From assembly GCA_963700635.1 (NCBI GenBank), contig CAVOYH010000003.1:1440001-1504000 (forward strand): a stretch of DNA of 64,000 nt, written 5' to 3'. The position numbers and the translations under genes are program-made. The notes under the pieces were generated by a model. It was not told the origin of the DNA. It ran no database searches and saw only the letters and a program-made list of their open reading frames with translations. Shown here one piece after another: positions 21,879 to 32,308 of this stretch. Numbering within the stretch: the stretch's first letter is position 1; every line of letters begins with the position of its first letter. The DNA is from an uncultured Bacteroidota bacterium (GTDB lineage: Bacteria > Bacteroidota > Ignavibacteria > UBA10030 > UBA6906).

Positions 21879-22807
21879 ACCGCTGTTTAATAACGTATGA
21901 AGAAATTCCTTCCGGGACGCGATACTCAGCAGCGGGGCTAAGGCTCCTGTCGCGCAAGCTTAAAGGCCTTCAGGTTCTTCCATATTCTGCAGAGCAACAG
22001 AGACATGAGGCCTTTCTCCGGTCCTCGAAAATGTCAATCCAGGGGGTACAACCAAAGCTCAGCTCTCGACTCAATGTCACCGAAGGGAAATTCGACATTG
22101 TCGACTCGGGCGGAGAGTACATACTCAAACCACAAAGTAATTTTCCCGAGGTGCCGGAGAACGAGGATTTGACGATGAGGCTTGCGGCATCAATTGGAGT
22201 TGAGGTGCCTCTTCATGGCTTACTGTGCTCAACGGACGATTCCCTCACATACTTCATCAAACGTTTTGACCGCGCAGGCCGAGGGAAGATAGCTGTTGAG
22301 GACTTCGCGCAGCTTTCGGGCAAGGCAAGAGATACAAAATACGATTCCAGCATGGAACATGTGATACACATTATCGATACTCACTGCACTTTCCCGCTCG
22401 TCGAGAAAGTGAAACTGTTCCGGCTCACCCTCTTAAATTATCTGGTAGGCAACGAAGATATGCATTTGAAGAACTTCTCACTTATAAGGAGGGACGACAA
22501 GATTGAACTTTCGCCTGCCTACGATCTTGTAAATTCAACTATTGTGTTGCGAGGAGTCCAAGAGGAGATCGCACTACCCCTAGGTGGCAGAAAGAGGAAT
22601 CTCTCCCGGTCACTCCTCATTGGGTATTTTGGGAAGGAACGGCTTGGCTTGGCAGATCGCGTTGTTGATGACATACTTGGTAGACTGGAACATGCCGTAC
22701 GCGAATGGAGATCAGTTATCAGAATGAGCTTTCTTTCCGAAACGGCAAAGACAGACTACGGAGAGCTTTTGTTGAAGCGCAGCAGGATACTGCTATCCAA
22801 AGCCTGA
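21875..22807 (+). CDS. hipT: HipT-like HipA-family kinase toxin
   Basis: MSIQGVQPK loop; YILKP, ENE..TM, KRFDR, GNEDMHLKNFS and LSPAYD motifs; ATGA overlap with hipS. Confidence 0.88.
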   Translation: MNRCLITYEEIPSGTRYSAAGLRLLSRKLKGLQVLPYSAEQQRHEAFLRSSKMSIQGVQPKLSSRLNVTEGKFDIVDSGGEYILKPQSNFPEVPENEDLTMRLAASIGVEVPLHGLLCSTDDSLTYFIKRFDRAGRGKIAVEDFAQLSGKARDTKYDSSMEHVIHIIDTHCTFPLVEKVKLFRLTLLNYLVGNEDMHLKNFSLIRRDDKIELSPAYDLVNSTIVLRGVQEEIALPLGGRKRNLSRSLLIGYFGKERLGLADRVVDDILGRLEHAVREWRSVIRMSFLSETAKTDYGELLLKRSRILLSKA

Positions 22808-24572
22808 TTGCCTCTCCTCGGTGTCGAACCTGTATGCTACGCAAAAACACTTTTGCCTTGATGCCTTCGGCCGCGCCACCCACGATCATTTTTTCCGGAG
22901 GGACGTTTCCGACACTCTCATTTGTATAATCCTCAAGCAGGGTGGCAGCCAACGGGCGAAACTCGATTTTCAATGACCTCCACTCGTTCCCCTCACCCTT
23001 GCTTCTGATAGTCAACGTATCAAGACTTGTATTCAACTCAACTATGAGCCCTTCACCGGAGACCTCTTTCTTCGTCCCTCCACGGTTGATGTACTGGAGG
23101 CGGATCATCCGATCAAAGCCCTGGATATCGATCGAACCATCCTGATTCATAGTGAATGTGGCCACATTCCCCCCGCTACCCGGCCTCAATCTGACGTATT
23201 CTATTCCCAGCATTTCTGCGATATATGCCCCATCCTTCCATCCCAAGGATGAGCCCGCGGAGTCTTTCCGGAGATTCTCACGAAACCATGGCTGAATTCC
23301 TTCCAAACCGTGATTCTGATGCAGATAATCGAGGATCGAACTAATGTGCTTCGATTCTTCGTAGTGCACGGGCTCTGAAGCCTTCTGGATTGCCCCATCA
23401 ACGAGCAGCGAATTCTGAACAAGCAGCCCCCGCAACCTCTCGGTCTGGCTTTGTTCGGCAACAGGGAACATCCCCCATGGGCCAAAGCACGTCGCCAGCG
23501 TAAGAATGCCAAGCGAGGCAGGAATGACTTTGATGCTCTTTGCCTTGCTAAGAAGAAAATACGCAACGATGAAAATCAGCCACACTGCAAGGGCAGCGGC
23601 ACCAAAGCGGGCTTCGGTGATTCCATACTCAGCAACTCGTCTCCAGACCGCCAGGGGAAATACGATAACGAGCGGGACCATGATGACATAAAACCAACGG
23701 GAAGCTGCTTTCACCCATCGGCTCCCTTCTTGATCACGGATGGGATACAGAAGGAGAAGCGACAACAATCCGGTTGCGGAAAAACCAAGAATAAGCTTGC
23801 TGATCCAGCCTTCCGACCACTCCCAAGACAGACCGATCTTTGCCACATACGAGTAGACGATGATCACATAGACAATCGACAGCGGAGCAAGAATATACTG
23901 AACAAGGATGTTCAGGCCTCTCGGAAATTCGGTCACGTGCTCGAGCCCCTTCAAATCCTCGGGAATGCCTGCCAGGAACAGCCAGGTGTTCAGGATGCCA
24001 AAGGTGATGATCCAGAGCTCACCGTACCGTTTCCCAGGGATATCGATGGCGAACAACTGATCGAGAGCAGCAAGCGCGAGACAGAGCCCGAGGTAGAGAA
24101 TGTGGGAAAACAGCGCGGCTCCGAGGATGCGGAAAAGAAGCGTCTTGTTGTATTGTCAGAAATCGTTGTACTCACCAGAGCCAAGGAACGGCCCTACCGA
24201 TACGAACAGATGCATCGCCAGGGAGAGGACAAGGAGTCGCTGGACGTGAAACGAGGGACCGGAGTCGAGAGTCGAAGGAACGGTGAACGCGTAGCCGATC
24301 AACAAGATGATACCGGCCAATTGCGCTCCAAGGGAACGTGCTCGCCTCCACGTGTTCTTCTCTGCCACCAGAGTCAGACCAAGCAGAAAGGGAATTCCCA
24401 GAATTGAAGCAAAGAGTACATTGTAAAGGACGGTGGCCCTCTCGGGACCCTCGTAATCGTCCAGAATCAGGGCAGAAGCAGTTCCGGCGACTGCACAACA
24501 AAGGACTAGGGGAAATCGAGAAAAGGTATGGAGTGCACCGTAAAGAATCTGCTTGAAGGAAGGATGTTTCAT
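22719..24572 (-). pseudogene. DUF4153-like membrane protein with an in-frame TGA at 24156-24158
   Basis: Two same-frame ORFs joined through NDF*QYNKTL; RV.EYGITE.R motif; 3' end runs into hipT. Confidence 0.75.
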
Positions 24573-24628
24573 CGTGACTCCCGAGATGGTGTCATTTCTG
24601 TTTGCCGTACACTTCAGGGTGATGGCAG

Positions 24629-25780
24629 TCAGGCCCCGACCAAACGGACCATGACCTCGTAATTGCGGAGGGTTAAAGGTGAAATGGCGCGGCCGCAGGG
24701 GCTGGACGACGGTAACAGCACGAAACCGCGCCCCTCGCCCGCGGTACCTTCATCGAGGGCAAGTTTTACAAGCTCCGAGAACTGGGCCGTGGGCAACATT
24801 TCAATGTCGGCGATTTCCAGATTGCCGAACAGCACCAGCTGCCGGCCATAACGTTGCCGGACCTCACGCAAGGCCACATCACCGTGCGGGGGCGGTTCGA
24901 TCGGATCGAGCGCATCCGCGCCCATGCCGGCGATCATATCAAGGATATTCTTCACCCGGCCATGGCAGTGGATGCGTGCGTAACCGCCGTGCGCATGGAT
25001 GTCATGAATCATGGGGGCGACGTAGCGGACGACATATTCCTCAAACAATCGTGGTGGCAGGTAGGGTTCGGAGGCATATTCCGGACCATAAATGCGCCAG
25101 AGCCTGCCGGGAAACCGGCGGCTGACTTCGGCAGTGCGTGGCTGGATGCGGCGAGCCATCTTCTCAAGCAGTAGGTGGAACAGCGCGGGTTCGGTGAACG
25201 CCAGGACCGTGTAGTCTTCCATGCTCATCAATGCCGCTGCAGCGCAGAGCGGATCTTCCGTATCCACCATCACGATTCCCCGATCCCCGAGCGCGGCTTC
25301 CTCGGCTTCAAGCGGGGCGGTATCGATTCGCTCTGAGAACACCTCGTCCGGGATGGTGAGATAAACTTCGACGTCGCCGGCGTCCTTGAGCAGATGCTCG
25401 ACGGTCCACACAGTGTTGATCTGCCGTTCGCGCTTTGTGACTTGTGTCAGCGTCCGGCCGGCGACGTTCAACACGGTGCGCGTGATCCGTGTTTGGCCGT
25501 CGTCCTTTATATCTTCCCGGAAGAACTCGTGCCAGCGCGCGCTGATGGCTGAACCGGTCGGGTCAATCGAGCGGTCCCTCACCGGACTCATCAGGCGAAT
25601 GATATCTGTATGCTCCTCCGCGAGCTCTATGAGCGGCCGCCAGTCGGGCGAGTTATAGATGTTGTAGGGATCCCGATCGAACGGATCCATCCTGAACCCG
25701 CCGATTTCGTAGAAGCTCACCGGCGGCCGGTCAACCGGTTCGCCGCGTAAAGTTGCCATTAATCGTTCGCGTCGTGTCAT
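24629..25780 (-). CDS. URO-D/CIMS-like family protein
   Basis: MTRRERL.ATLRGEPVDRPP, HCHG, DPIEPPP.GD and LFGNLE motifs. Confidence 0.85.
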   Translation of the reverse strand: MTRRERLMATLRGEPVDRPPVSFYEIGGFRMDPFDRDPYNIYNSPDWRPLIELAEEHTDIIRLMSPVRDRSIDPTGSAISARWHEFFREDIKDDGQTRITRTVLNVAGRTLTQVTKRERQINTVWTVEHLLKDAGDVEVYLTIPDEVFSERIDTAPLEAEEAALGDRGIVMVDTEDPLCAAAALMSMEDYTVLAFTEPALFHLLLEKMARRIQPRTAEVSRRFPGRLWRIYGPEYASEPYLPPRLFEEYVVRYVAPMIHDIHAHGGYARIHCHGRVKNILDMIAGMGADALDPIEPPPHGDVALREVRQRYGRQLVLFGNLEIADIEMLPTAQFSELVKLALDEGTAGEGRGFVLLPSSSPCGRAISPLTLRNYEVMVRLVGA

Positions 25781-25861
25781 AGCTGGGGCTTGAACCAGGG
25801 AGAATTTAGAGAATGTGACGGTCAGAGCACAATCTACGAGGGAAAAAGCACAAAATCGACT

Positions 25862-25973
25862 GGCTTACAAGGACCTGGAATCTCCACGGCGGCGCCTTGG
25901 CGCCTACCGGTATCGGGAAAATCTTCACCCGGACCCCCGGTTCCAGGATCATCTCTGGCGATTGAACCTCCGG
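25862..25973 (+). repeat. Degenerate direct copy of the kinase-TPR gene 3' end (19868-19980)
   Basis: Shares ggcttacaa.gac..gaatctcc...cttcacccggaccc.cggttccaggatc...tgaacct with 19868-19980. Confidence 0.85.
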
Positions 25974-26004
25974 TGTTTCAAATCCCTGCCAACCAATCCG
26001 ATCC

Positions 26005-26190
26005 TCATTGCTCCTCTTCCATGACTGTGTGTTCATACCGGATGTGGAGCCAGGCCATAAGCAGACAAAGGCGCATGGTGGTGAATTCGAATGTCAGAAA
26101 TGCCAGAAACGCCCTCCAGAGGAGCCAGAAGCTCATTCTCAAATCTTCTTGCAGGGTGCGGACCCATGTCTCTCTTTTCAACTTTTGCAT
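26005..26190 (-). CDS. Possible small hydrophobic protein (61 aa)
   Basis: GGAG 6 nt upstream of the ATG; hydrophobic core; no recognisable family. Confidence 0.35.
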   Translation of the reverse strand: MQKLKRETWVRTLQEDLRMSFWLLWRAFLAFLTFEFTTMRLCLLMAWLHIRYEHTVMEEEQ

Positions 26191-26411
26191 TGGTGTCTCC
26201 AAGAATTAGGGGGATGCCTCAATGTACGCATCGGCCAGACTTTCTCGGGCTCACCAGATGATACTTTTCCCGGTCGGGCAGCCAGAAACACGTGACAAGG
26301 GGATATGACCCGATAACATTCTTGTCTACAAAGTCTTGGACCAAGTTTTTGGGGGGACGAGAAACAGGGGTTTTTGCGGCACAACTGATTGCTTACCTTC
26401 CGGTGTCGTCG

Positions 26412-27566
26412 CTACTCTTCTGCGTCTGCATGGTGATTTGCTCCAACCAGTATGTCCTGTAACAACACCTTTAGAGTTCTTTCGGGTTCTTCAAATATGG
26501 GGCTGTGGGCAGATTGTTCAAACGTATAAAATCCCTTCATAGGCGCTTTGAGTTGATGAAAATAGGATTTTGCCTCCGCATAGGAGACCGTGTAGTCATG
26601 TATTCCGTGTAAAAAGTAGACCGGAAGGTCAAGCTCTGGTACCTTTTTGGTCAGATCAGTGGCTATCATTTCAGCCCACAGTGAGCTAACACCGGACCGA
26701 GCCTTGCCTCTCCACAGGTTGATCTTTTCACCTACTGTGTACTCCCGGAATTGAAGAGAGGGCAGAAAGATACCGCTGAATACCGATTTCATATCGTGGG
26801 TCGTTCCGACACCAAGACTATGCATTGCTTCATCTCGCACTGAAAGGTATATATCTGGTGTACCGGCCGTCATCGACACTGGCGATGACTCAAGTCTTTG
26901 CACCATGCTTGTGTTTCCAGTTGATTTGAACTGACCGAGCATGTATTGGTACGCGAGTATTTCAGATTTGAGCTGACACGAGATCTGAGCAACGCCAATG
27001 TAGGCAAAGTACAACTTCGGCTCTCGTGCAGCCGCTTGTATGCCGATGAATGTTCCCCCCGAATGCCCCATAAGGTAAATCTTGTCCTTGTTGAAGCGGC
27101 GGCGTAAATAGTTCGTCACTTCAATTGCATCTGATATGAATTGCTCTACCGACATGGTTTCTTGTGAGATGTCGGCCCTGTACGAAAGGCCTGAACCGCG
27201 TTGTTCCCACCATACAACGGTACAATGATCTTCAAGACCTAACGGATAGTTCTGAGTAAGGAAGTATTCAGGCAATCCCCCATGAACGTACAGTACTACC
27301 GGATGTGTTACATCCTTGCTCTTGATAAACATTCCTTGTTCCACCCCATTGATGCTTACAAATGTCTTCTCTGATAAGCTGCGCGGTAGTGGCTTCCCGT
27401 TCTCATCTACAAAAGGTCTGGGTTTCCCGGGGTAGCTCCAGATTTGAAGCACAACCAGGAGAATAAGAGAGCAGGCCAACAACAGAGATATTACGACTAG
27501 TATCATACGTCGCATTCTTCGTGCGAATGCTCGGATCGAAGGGCCCTGTATTTTGTCATTTGACAT
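26412..27566 (-). CDS. Alpha/beta hydrolase (proline iminopeptidase-like)
   Basis: HGG, WEQRGSG, GHSGG nucleophile elbow and SAHSP..EEP motifs. Confidence 0.88.
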   Translation of the reverse strand: MSNDKIQGPSIRAFARRMRRMILVVISLLLACSLILLVVLQIWSYPGKPRPFVDENGKPLPRSLSEKTFVSINGVEQGMFIKSKDVTHPVVLYVHGGLPEYFLTQNYPLGLEDHCTVVWWEQRGSGLSYRADISQETMSVEQFISDAIEVTNYLRRRFNKDKIYLMGHSGGTFIGIQAAAREPKLYFAYIGVAQISCQLKSEILAYQYMLGQFKSTGNTSMVQRLESSPVSMTAGTPDIYLSVRDEAMHSLGVGTTHDMKSVFSGIFLPSLQFREYTVGEKINLWRGKARSGVSSLWAEMIATDLTKKVPELDLPVYFLHGIHDYTVSYAEAKSYFHQLKAPMKGFYTFEQSAHSPIFEEPERTLKVLLQDILVGANHHADAEE

Positions 27567-27593
27567 TGTGCGGCTGAATGTGTCGTGATCGCA

Positions 27594-28811
27594 TCATCTC
27601 ACAATCGTCATCTTCTTTGCGGATACAAAGCTACCTGCCTGCAATCGATAGATGTACACTCCACTCGAAAGGTTCCTTGCATCGAACCTGACTTCATAAC
27701 GACCTGCATCCCTCTCTTCATCCCCCAGCACCGAAACCTGACGTCCGAGCATGTCGTACACACTCAGCGTCACGTGCGACGGCTGCGGCAACTCGTAAAC
27801 GATTGTCGTACTCGGATTGAACGGATTGGGGAAGTTCTGCAGGAGCGCATACGAACCCGGCACTGTAACATTCGGAGCACTGACACCCGTTATCGGTCCG
27901 GCAATATCCGTGTACAAAAGTGTTGCCACGGAGGCCCGGATGATTTCAGCACAGTACGGAATGTTGCAGTTGGCGATCACGTCTGAAGGGGAGTGGTACC
28001 ACGGACTGAACGTCTTTTCGAAGAAGTAAACCGCAGGATACCCGACCGAATGGAACGCGTAACTGTCCGAGCCGCTTGAGTTCCTGTTTCCGTCCACGGG
28101 GGTCAGCCTTGTGTATTCCTTGGTCATCGTTTTTGCCAGCTCACGGTAGGGTTCCGCTCCGGTGTAGTAGTACACCCGCACAGTGTCCTCTCCCAACGCA
28201 TACGGCGAGTTGGCGATCATGTCATGGTTGATCATAAGGCGTATTTTCATGCCGTTCTGGGACGCTCTCTGTGCATAACTTCGGCTCCCGAGCAGTCCAG
28301 CCTCCTCAGCCGCGAATGTTATAAACCGGAGCGTTGTTCTGGGTGCATAGCCTGTCCGTGTCAGCACACGTGCAGATTCCAGGACGGCGGCGGTTCCGCT
28401 TGAGTTGTCATCTGCCCCGGGATACACGCCGGATAAGTTTTGCCACCCCACCGTGTCATGGTGACCGCCGATCACGATAACATCCTCCGTTGCGGTGGAC
28501 GATGGCAGTGTGGCGACAACATTGGTCTGCTCATAGCCGTTTGCCATGAATGTATCCAGCACGACGTCGGCAAAACCCATTCTCCGGAACGCAGCCTGGA
28601 TCCACTCCGCAACCGCATGCCTGTTCGTTGACCTGTAATGGTGTGAGCCGAAGCTCGTCAGCCCCTCGATGAACCAGCGTACTGTGTCCGGATTCACGCT
28701 GGTTGTCATCACCGTGATCAGGCTGTCGGCGTTCGCACTTCGGACTGTCAGCTGTGATCGGGCCGGGATGAGTCCGATAACCAGCAGGAGGAAAAGAATG
28801 TGTATGCGCAT
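27594..28811 (-). CDS. M28 family aminopeptidase with T9SS CTD
   Basis: GGHHD, PGADDNSSG, AEEAGLLGS, NHDM and YHSPSD motifs; CTD. Confidence 0.92.
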   Translation of the reverse strand: MRIHILFLLLVIGLIPARSQLTVRSANADSLITVMTTSVNPDTVRWFIEGLTSFGSHHYRSTNRHAVAEWIQAAFRRMGFADVVLDTFMANGYEQTNVVATLPSSTATEDVIVIGGHHDTVGWQNLSGVYPGADDNSSGTAAVLESARVLTRTGYAPRTTLRFITFAAEEAGLLGSRSYAQRASQNGMKIRLMINHDMIANSPYALGEDTVRVYYYTGAEPYRELAKTMTKEYTRLTPVDGNRNSSGSDSYAFHSVGYPAVYFFEKTFSPWYHSPSDVIANCNIPYCAEIIRASVATLLYTDIAGPITGVSAPNVTVPGSYALLQNFPNPFNPSTTIVYELPQPSHVTLSVYDMLGRQVSVLGDEERDAGRYEVRFDARNLSSGVYIYRLQAGSFVSAKKMTIVR

Positions 28812-29209
28812 GGTCTGAGGTCCTCGATCGGGACTGTTTCATCCTCCGGGGAGTTTAAGCGGATGTCAGGCTAAGGTACCTGATAGCGCATCCAGAATCA
28901 ACATGTCCTCACTTCAGGATCACCGTTGTCGGCAAGGCCAGACCCTTGCTGGCGCATAGCCGGCAATCCGGTCCTCCTCTCCGATGAGCCAATCAACAAA
29001 AAAATCTCTCATCCGAAATGGACCAAGATCAGGAAACAGACCCATTCCCAAAGGATTAGCTCCCCTTTCATCCCTTTGGCTGATTCATGCCAGGGCTAAA
29101 CCCGGTATACTTCAATAAGCGCTGTCTGTGGTGCTTCCTCGATGAGCGTCCGGATAGTTGATACTTAATAGTGATGGCAGCACAACACCAATCAAACACG
29201 AGGCAGGCT

Positions 29210-29371
29210 ATGCTTTATACTATCGCTGTGATTCTCCTTGTACTGTGGCTCCTGGGGTTCGTCAGTTCCTACACCCTGGGTGGTTTTATTCACATCCTTC
29301 TGGTAATCGCCGTTGTGATTGTCTTGCTTAGAGTCATTCGCGGTCAGAAGTTGTTTGGGACAAAGAATTGA
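29210..29371 (+). CDS. lmo0937/DUF5670-like small membrane protein
   Basis: MLYTIAVILLVLWLLG...GGFIHILLVIA signature. Confidence 0.85.
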   Translation: MLYTIAVILLVLWLLGFVSSYTLGGFIHILLVIAVVIVLLRVIRGQKLFGTKN

Positions 29372-29590
29372 GTCAGATGTAATACCGTGAACAGACGCCT
29401 CGGAGCGATCCAAGCGCAATGTTTTGCTTGAGCAAAGGGGAATGCACCGCCTCATTGGGTTCATTGTAGGCCAGGCATGCGGGATATGGCGCCGGGAGTG
29501 GCATTCTGGCAACAGCAAATGCTTCCAACTGTTCATCCGTTGTGGATGGACCATGCAATTAATACAGCCTTATGAGAGGAAAATATACGG

Positions 29591-30082
29591 ATGAAACGCT
29601 TCGTGTACTGCCTGGTCGCACTGTTTTTGGTCCTCGCTGCTCAGAATTCCGTCGCTCAAGACCGCGGATTTGGACTCGGTGTGATCATCGGGGAGCCTAC
29701 AGGAATTAGCGCGAAACTGTGGACTTCAAATGTAAACGCCTTCGATTTTGGTCTCGGCTGGTCAATCGGAGGAGAACGGATCGGGAAAGACAGAAATTAC
29801 TATACAAAAAACCGCATTCATTTTCATATGGATTACCTGTGGCATGCTTTCAACGTTATCCACTCGTCCGAACGATTTCCGTTGTACTATGGCTTGGGCG
29901 GACGTATTAACACTGGAGCTGGCTATGACGCTGCTGTGGCCGTTCGTGGTGTGTTCGGTATTGCATGGCTGCCACACAAGACTCCAATCGATGTATTTCT
30001 TGAGGTCGCGCCGTCACTCCAGGTCACACCCTCAACAGGGTTTGGCCTTGATGCGGGCATCGGGGTGAGGTATTTCTTTTAA
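29591..30082 (+). CDS. Small outer-membrane beta-barrel (DUF3996-like)
   Basis: Signal peptide; GLG.I.GEPTGISAK.W; DVFLEVAP; C-terminal G.RYFF. Confidence 0.75.
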   Translation: MKRFVYCLVALFLVLAAQNSVAQDRGFGLGVIIGEPTGISAKLWTSNVNAFDFGLGWSIGGERIGKDRNYYTKNRIHFHMDYLWHAFNVIHSSERFPLYYGLGGRINTGAGYDAAVAVRGVFGIAWLPHKTPIDVFLEVAPSLQVTPSTGFGLDAGIGVRYFF

Positions 30083-30219
30083 TGATCCGCGATACTCAAC
30101 GTCTGCCCGCCTACGGAGAAGTATTACGCTTCGGATGGATCGTGGACCTCAAAACGCACAAGAGCCTCTGATAGGCTCCAAACATCCTCTGTCGACTCAG
30201 TTTCATGAAAGGGTGCACC

Positions 30220-30654
30220 ATGTCAGCACGAATAGCTTTTGGGTTTGTCGTTATGATATTTCTTCTGGCTTTCCCGGCAAATGCGGATGGGAAGAAGGAA
30301 CTTCAAAGACACTTCAACGATGTCGCAACCAAGGTGAAAGCAACGGACGAGCCAACCGAGAAGCGTGTTATCCTCGATGAATCATTTCGGACCATGCTTG
30401 AAGCTCTGGATATGGTTCAACGGTCGCAGTTGATTTCGAAAGACGATGGCGTTGCCCTTGATCTCTTCAAAGCAACACTTCGCGAAAACCAAGATGAACT
30501 CGCAGGCATCAATGGCTTCGCGCCTGTGCCGGATGATCAACTTAACAGCTTTTCTAACTACGTCATGCAGAGTGTGGAGCAAGCTGACGGGACGATATCC
30601 ATAAGTCTTGTTTCTCTGCTTCTGATTGTCATCCTGCTGGTGCTCCTGCTGTGA
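30220..30654 (+). CDS. Secreted helical protein with C-terminal hydrophobic anchor
   Basis: Signal peptide ending ANA; C-terminus ISLVSLLLIVILLVLLL. Confidence 0.75.
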   Translation: MSARIAFGFVVMIFLLAFPANADGKKELQRHFNDVATKVKATDEPTEKRVILDESFRTMLEALDMVQRSQLISKDDGVALDLFKATLRENQDELAGINGFAPVPDDQLNSFSNYVMQSVEQADGTISISLVSLLLIVILLVLLL

Positions 30655-30690
30655 TAATCTTGTCATGAGTGAGTATTGCTGGCGTTCGAT

Positions 30691-31854
30691 ATGCGAAGTC
30701 CACAGAAGCAATCGGTGAGAGGCGACCTATATTCGCGGCTCTTCATGGGCGGATGTGGTGTGGCGTTCGTCGTGTTGCTGTCCTCGTGCAGCGCGGACCT
30801 TCCCGTTCAGCGTGAAGCTCAACCGGCCGAGGAGGCTGTGAGCGCGGTGGCATATTCAATCGTGTTCGTCATCCACGGTGACGGCGACTATCTCTACCAT
30901 GATACCAGCGGCTCTGAATACAGAGCGGACGAGGAGGCTTTAGCCGGGGCAAAAAGGGTCGCACTCCGTAACCCGTGCGCCGAGGTGTTCATCTTTCATC
31001 AGCAACCAAGGAAAAAAATCCTCTTCCTGTTTCCTGTTCGCGATGGACAGTTCTATTATTACCGGAACGGACGGCTTATCGCACATGAATCATACTGGCG
31101 CGATCACGGACAAGCACACTTCGACCCCGAAGTGGGGTTGTATCGCCGTTTCCACTCGGACAATCATCGAGAGTTGGTAAACGTGTTCCTTTACTACGGT
31201 GAGGAAATCCCCGAATTCGGTGGCGAGGGCTACGATGGATCGTATCCGGATCGTCCCTTCACCGTCCTTGACCTCGCGGGTGGCTTGAGAGGTTTCACAG
31301 GTGATTCCGCGCGATTTGATTTCCTGGTCCTCTCCACCTGTTTTGGCGGCACGCCGTACACAATTGGCGCGCTGGGATCGTTTGCGCGCTACATCATCGC
31401 TTCTCCCGACAATCTTCACCTGTCGTACTTCGATGTCCACTTGCTGGATCGTTTGGATCTCAGTCTGCCGGATGGAGATGTGCGCGCCTTCACCAAACGA
31501 TTCGCCCAGCAGTCATTTGCTCGGCTGACAGGGGCTGTCCAGACGGCTGTCAGTGTCGCAGTGTACGATGTGAACCGGATACAGGGATTCCTGGATTCGG
31601 TCAAGAGTATGTACAGTTATACGTTGACCCTCGTAAAAGCAGAAACCCAACCCCTGGCCATGTTCGAGCACTGCGATTGCGGTGAACTTCCTGCGTACGT
31701 GTTACCCGCGATGAGCGACGGGGTTGATGTGTTCTACCGATCGGCGCGCTTTGGGCGATCTAAGGACAAACAGGACCATTCAGGATGGGAATGCTGGAGG
31801 GAGAGACGATCACAGTCTTCAAGCCAACAGAATTCTGAGGCGGTTGCAGACTAG
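30691..31854 (+). CDS. Lipoprotein with possible clostripain/caspase-like (clan CD) fold
   Basis: Lipobox LLSSC; FDFLVLSTCFGG...ARYIIASP resembles the C11 catalytic-Cys region; start uncertain. Confidence 0.55.
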   Translation: MRSPQKQSVRGDLYSRLFMGGCGVAFVVLLSSCSADLPVQREAQPAEEAVSAVAYSIVFVIHGDGDYLYHDTSGSEYRADEEALAGAKRVALRNPCAEVFIFHQQPRKKILFLFPVRDGQFYYYRNGRLIAHESYWRDHGQAHFDPEVGLYRRFHSDNHRELVNVFLYYGEEIPEFGGEGYDGSYPDRPFTVLDLAGGLRGFTGDSARFDFLVLSTCFGGTPYTIGALGSFARYIIASPDNLHLSYFDVHLLDRLDLSLPDGDVRAFTKRFAQQSFARLTGAVQTAVSVAVYDVNRIQGFLDSVKSMYSYTLTLVKAETQPLAMFEHCDCGELPAYVLPAMSDGVDVFYRSARFGRSKDKQDHSGWECWRERRSQSSSQQNSEAVAD

Positions 31855-31911
31855 CTGGCTCCTCACCATTGAGGAGAAAAGAAACCCAAACCAACAGGCG
31901 AGGAGGTTACG

Positions 31912-32103
31912 ATGCCTCTACTCCAAGTAGTGATCATTCTGGTTGTCGTGGGTGTTCTCTTGTGGCTCGTGAATAGCTACATACCGATGCAGGCCACGAT
32001 AAAGAAGATCCTGAATGCCGTTGTGGTGATTGCGGTGGTGCTGTGGCTGCTGAGAGAGTTTGGGCTGCTTGACTCTCTTCTTAACATTCACATTGGCACT
32101 TAA
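31912..32103 (+). CDS. Thivi_2564-like small membrane protein
   Basis: LVVVGVLLWLVN.YIPM...IKKILNAVVVI.VVLWLL signature; RBS GAGGAGG. Confidence 0.85.
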   Translation: MPLLQVVIILVVVGVLLWLVNSYIPMQATIKKILNAVVVIAVVLWLLREFGLLDSLLNIHIGT

Positions 32104-32308
32104 ACTCTGCGCGTTCGCAGGTGTCGGGCCAGCGGTGAGGCAGTTTATATGTGGTGCTTTCGGGAGTTCAGGGGGCGGGGCGTTTTCCTGGAATACTGAC
32201 CGGATGCCCCCCAACTCGGTCTGACAATCTTGACTGCTGCTTACCGTCCGGAGGGGGGCGTGGGGTATCTTCCACCCACTTTGTTGTAGCGACCGATCGT
32301 TTCTTCGG

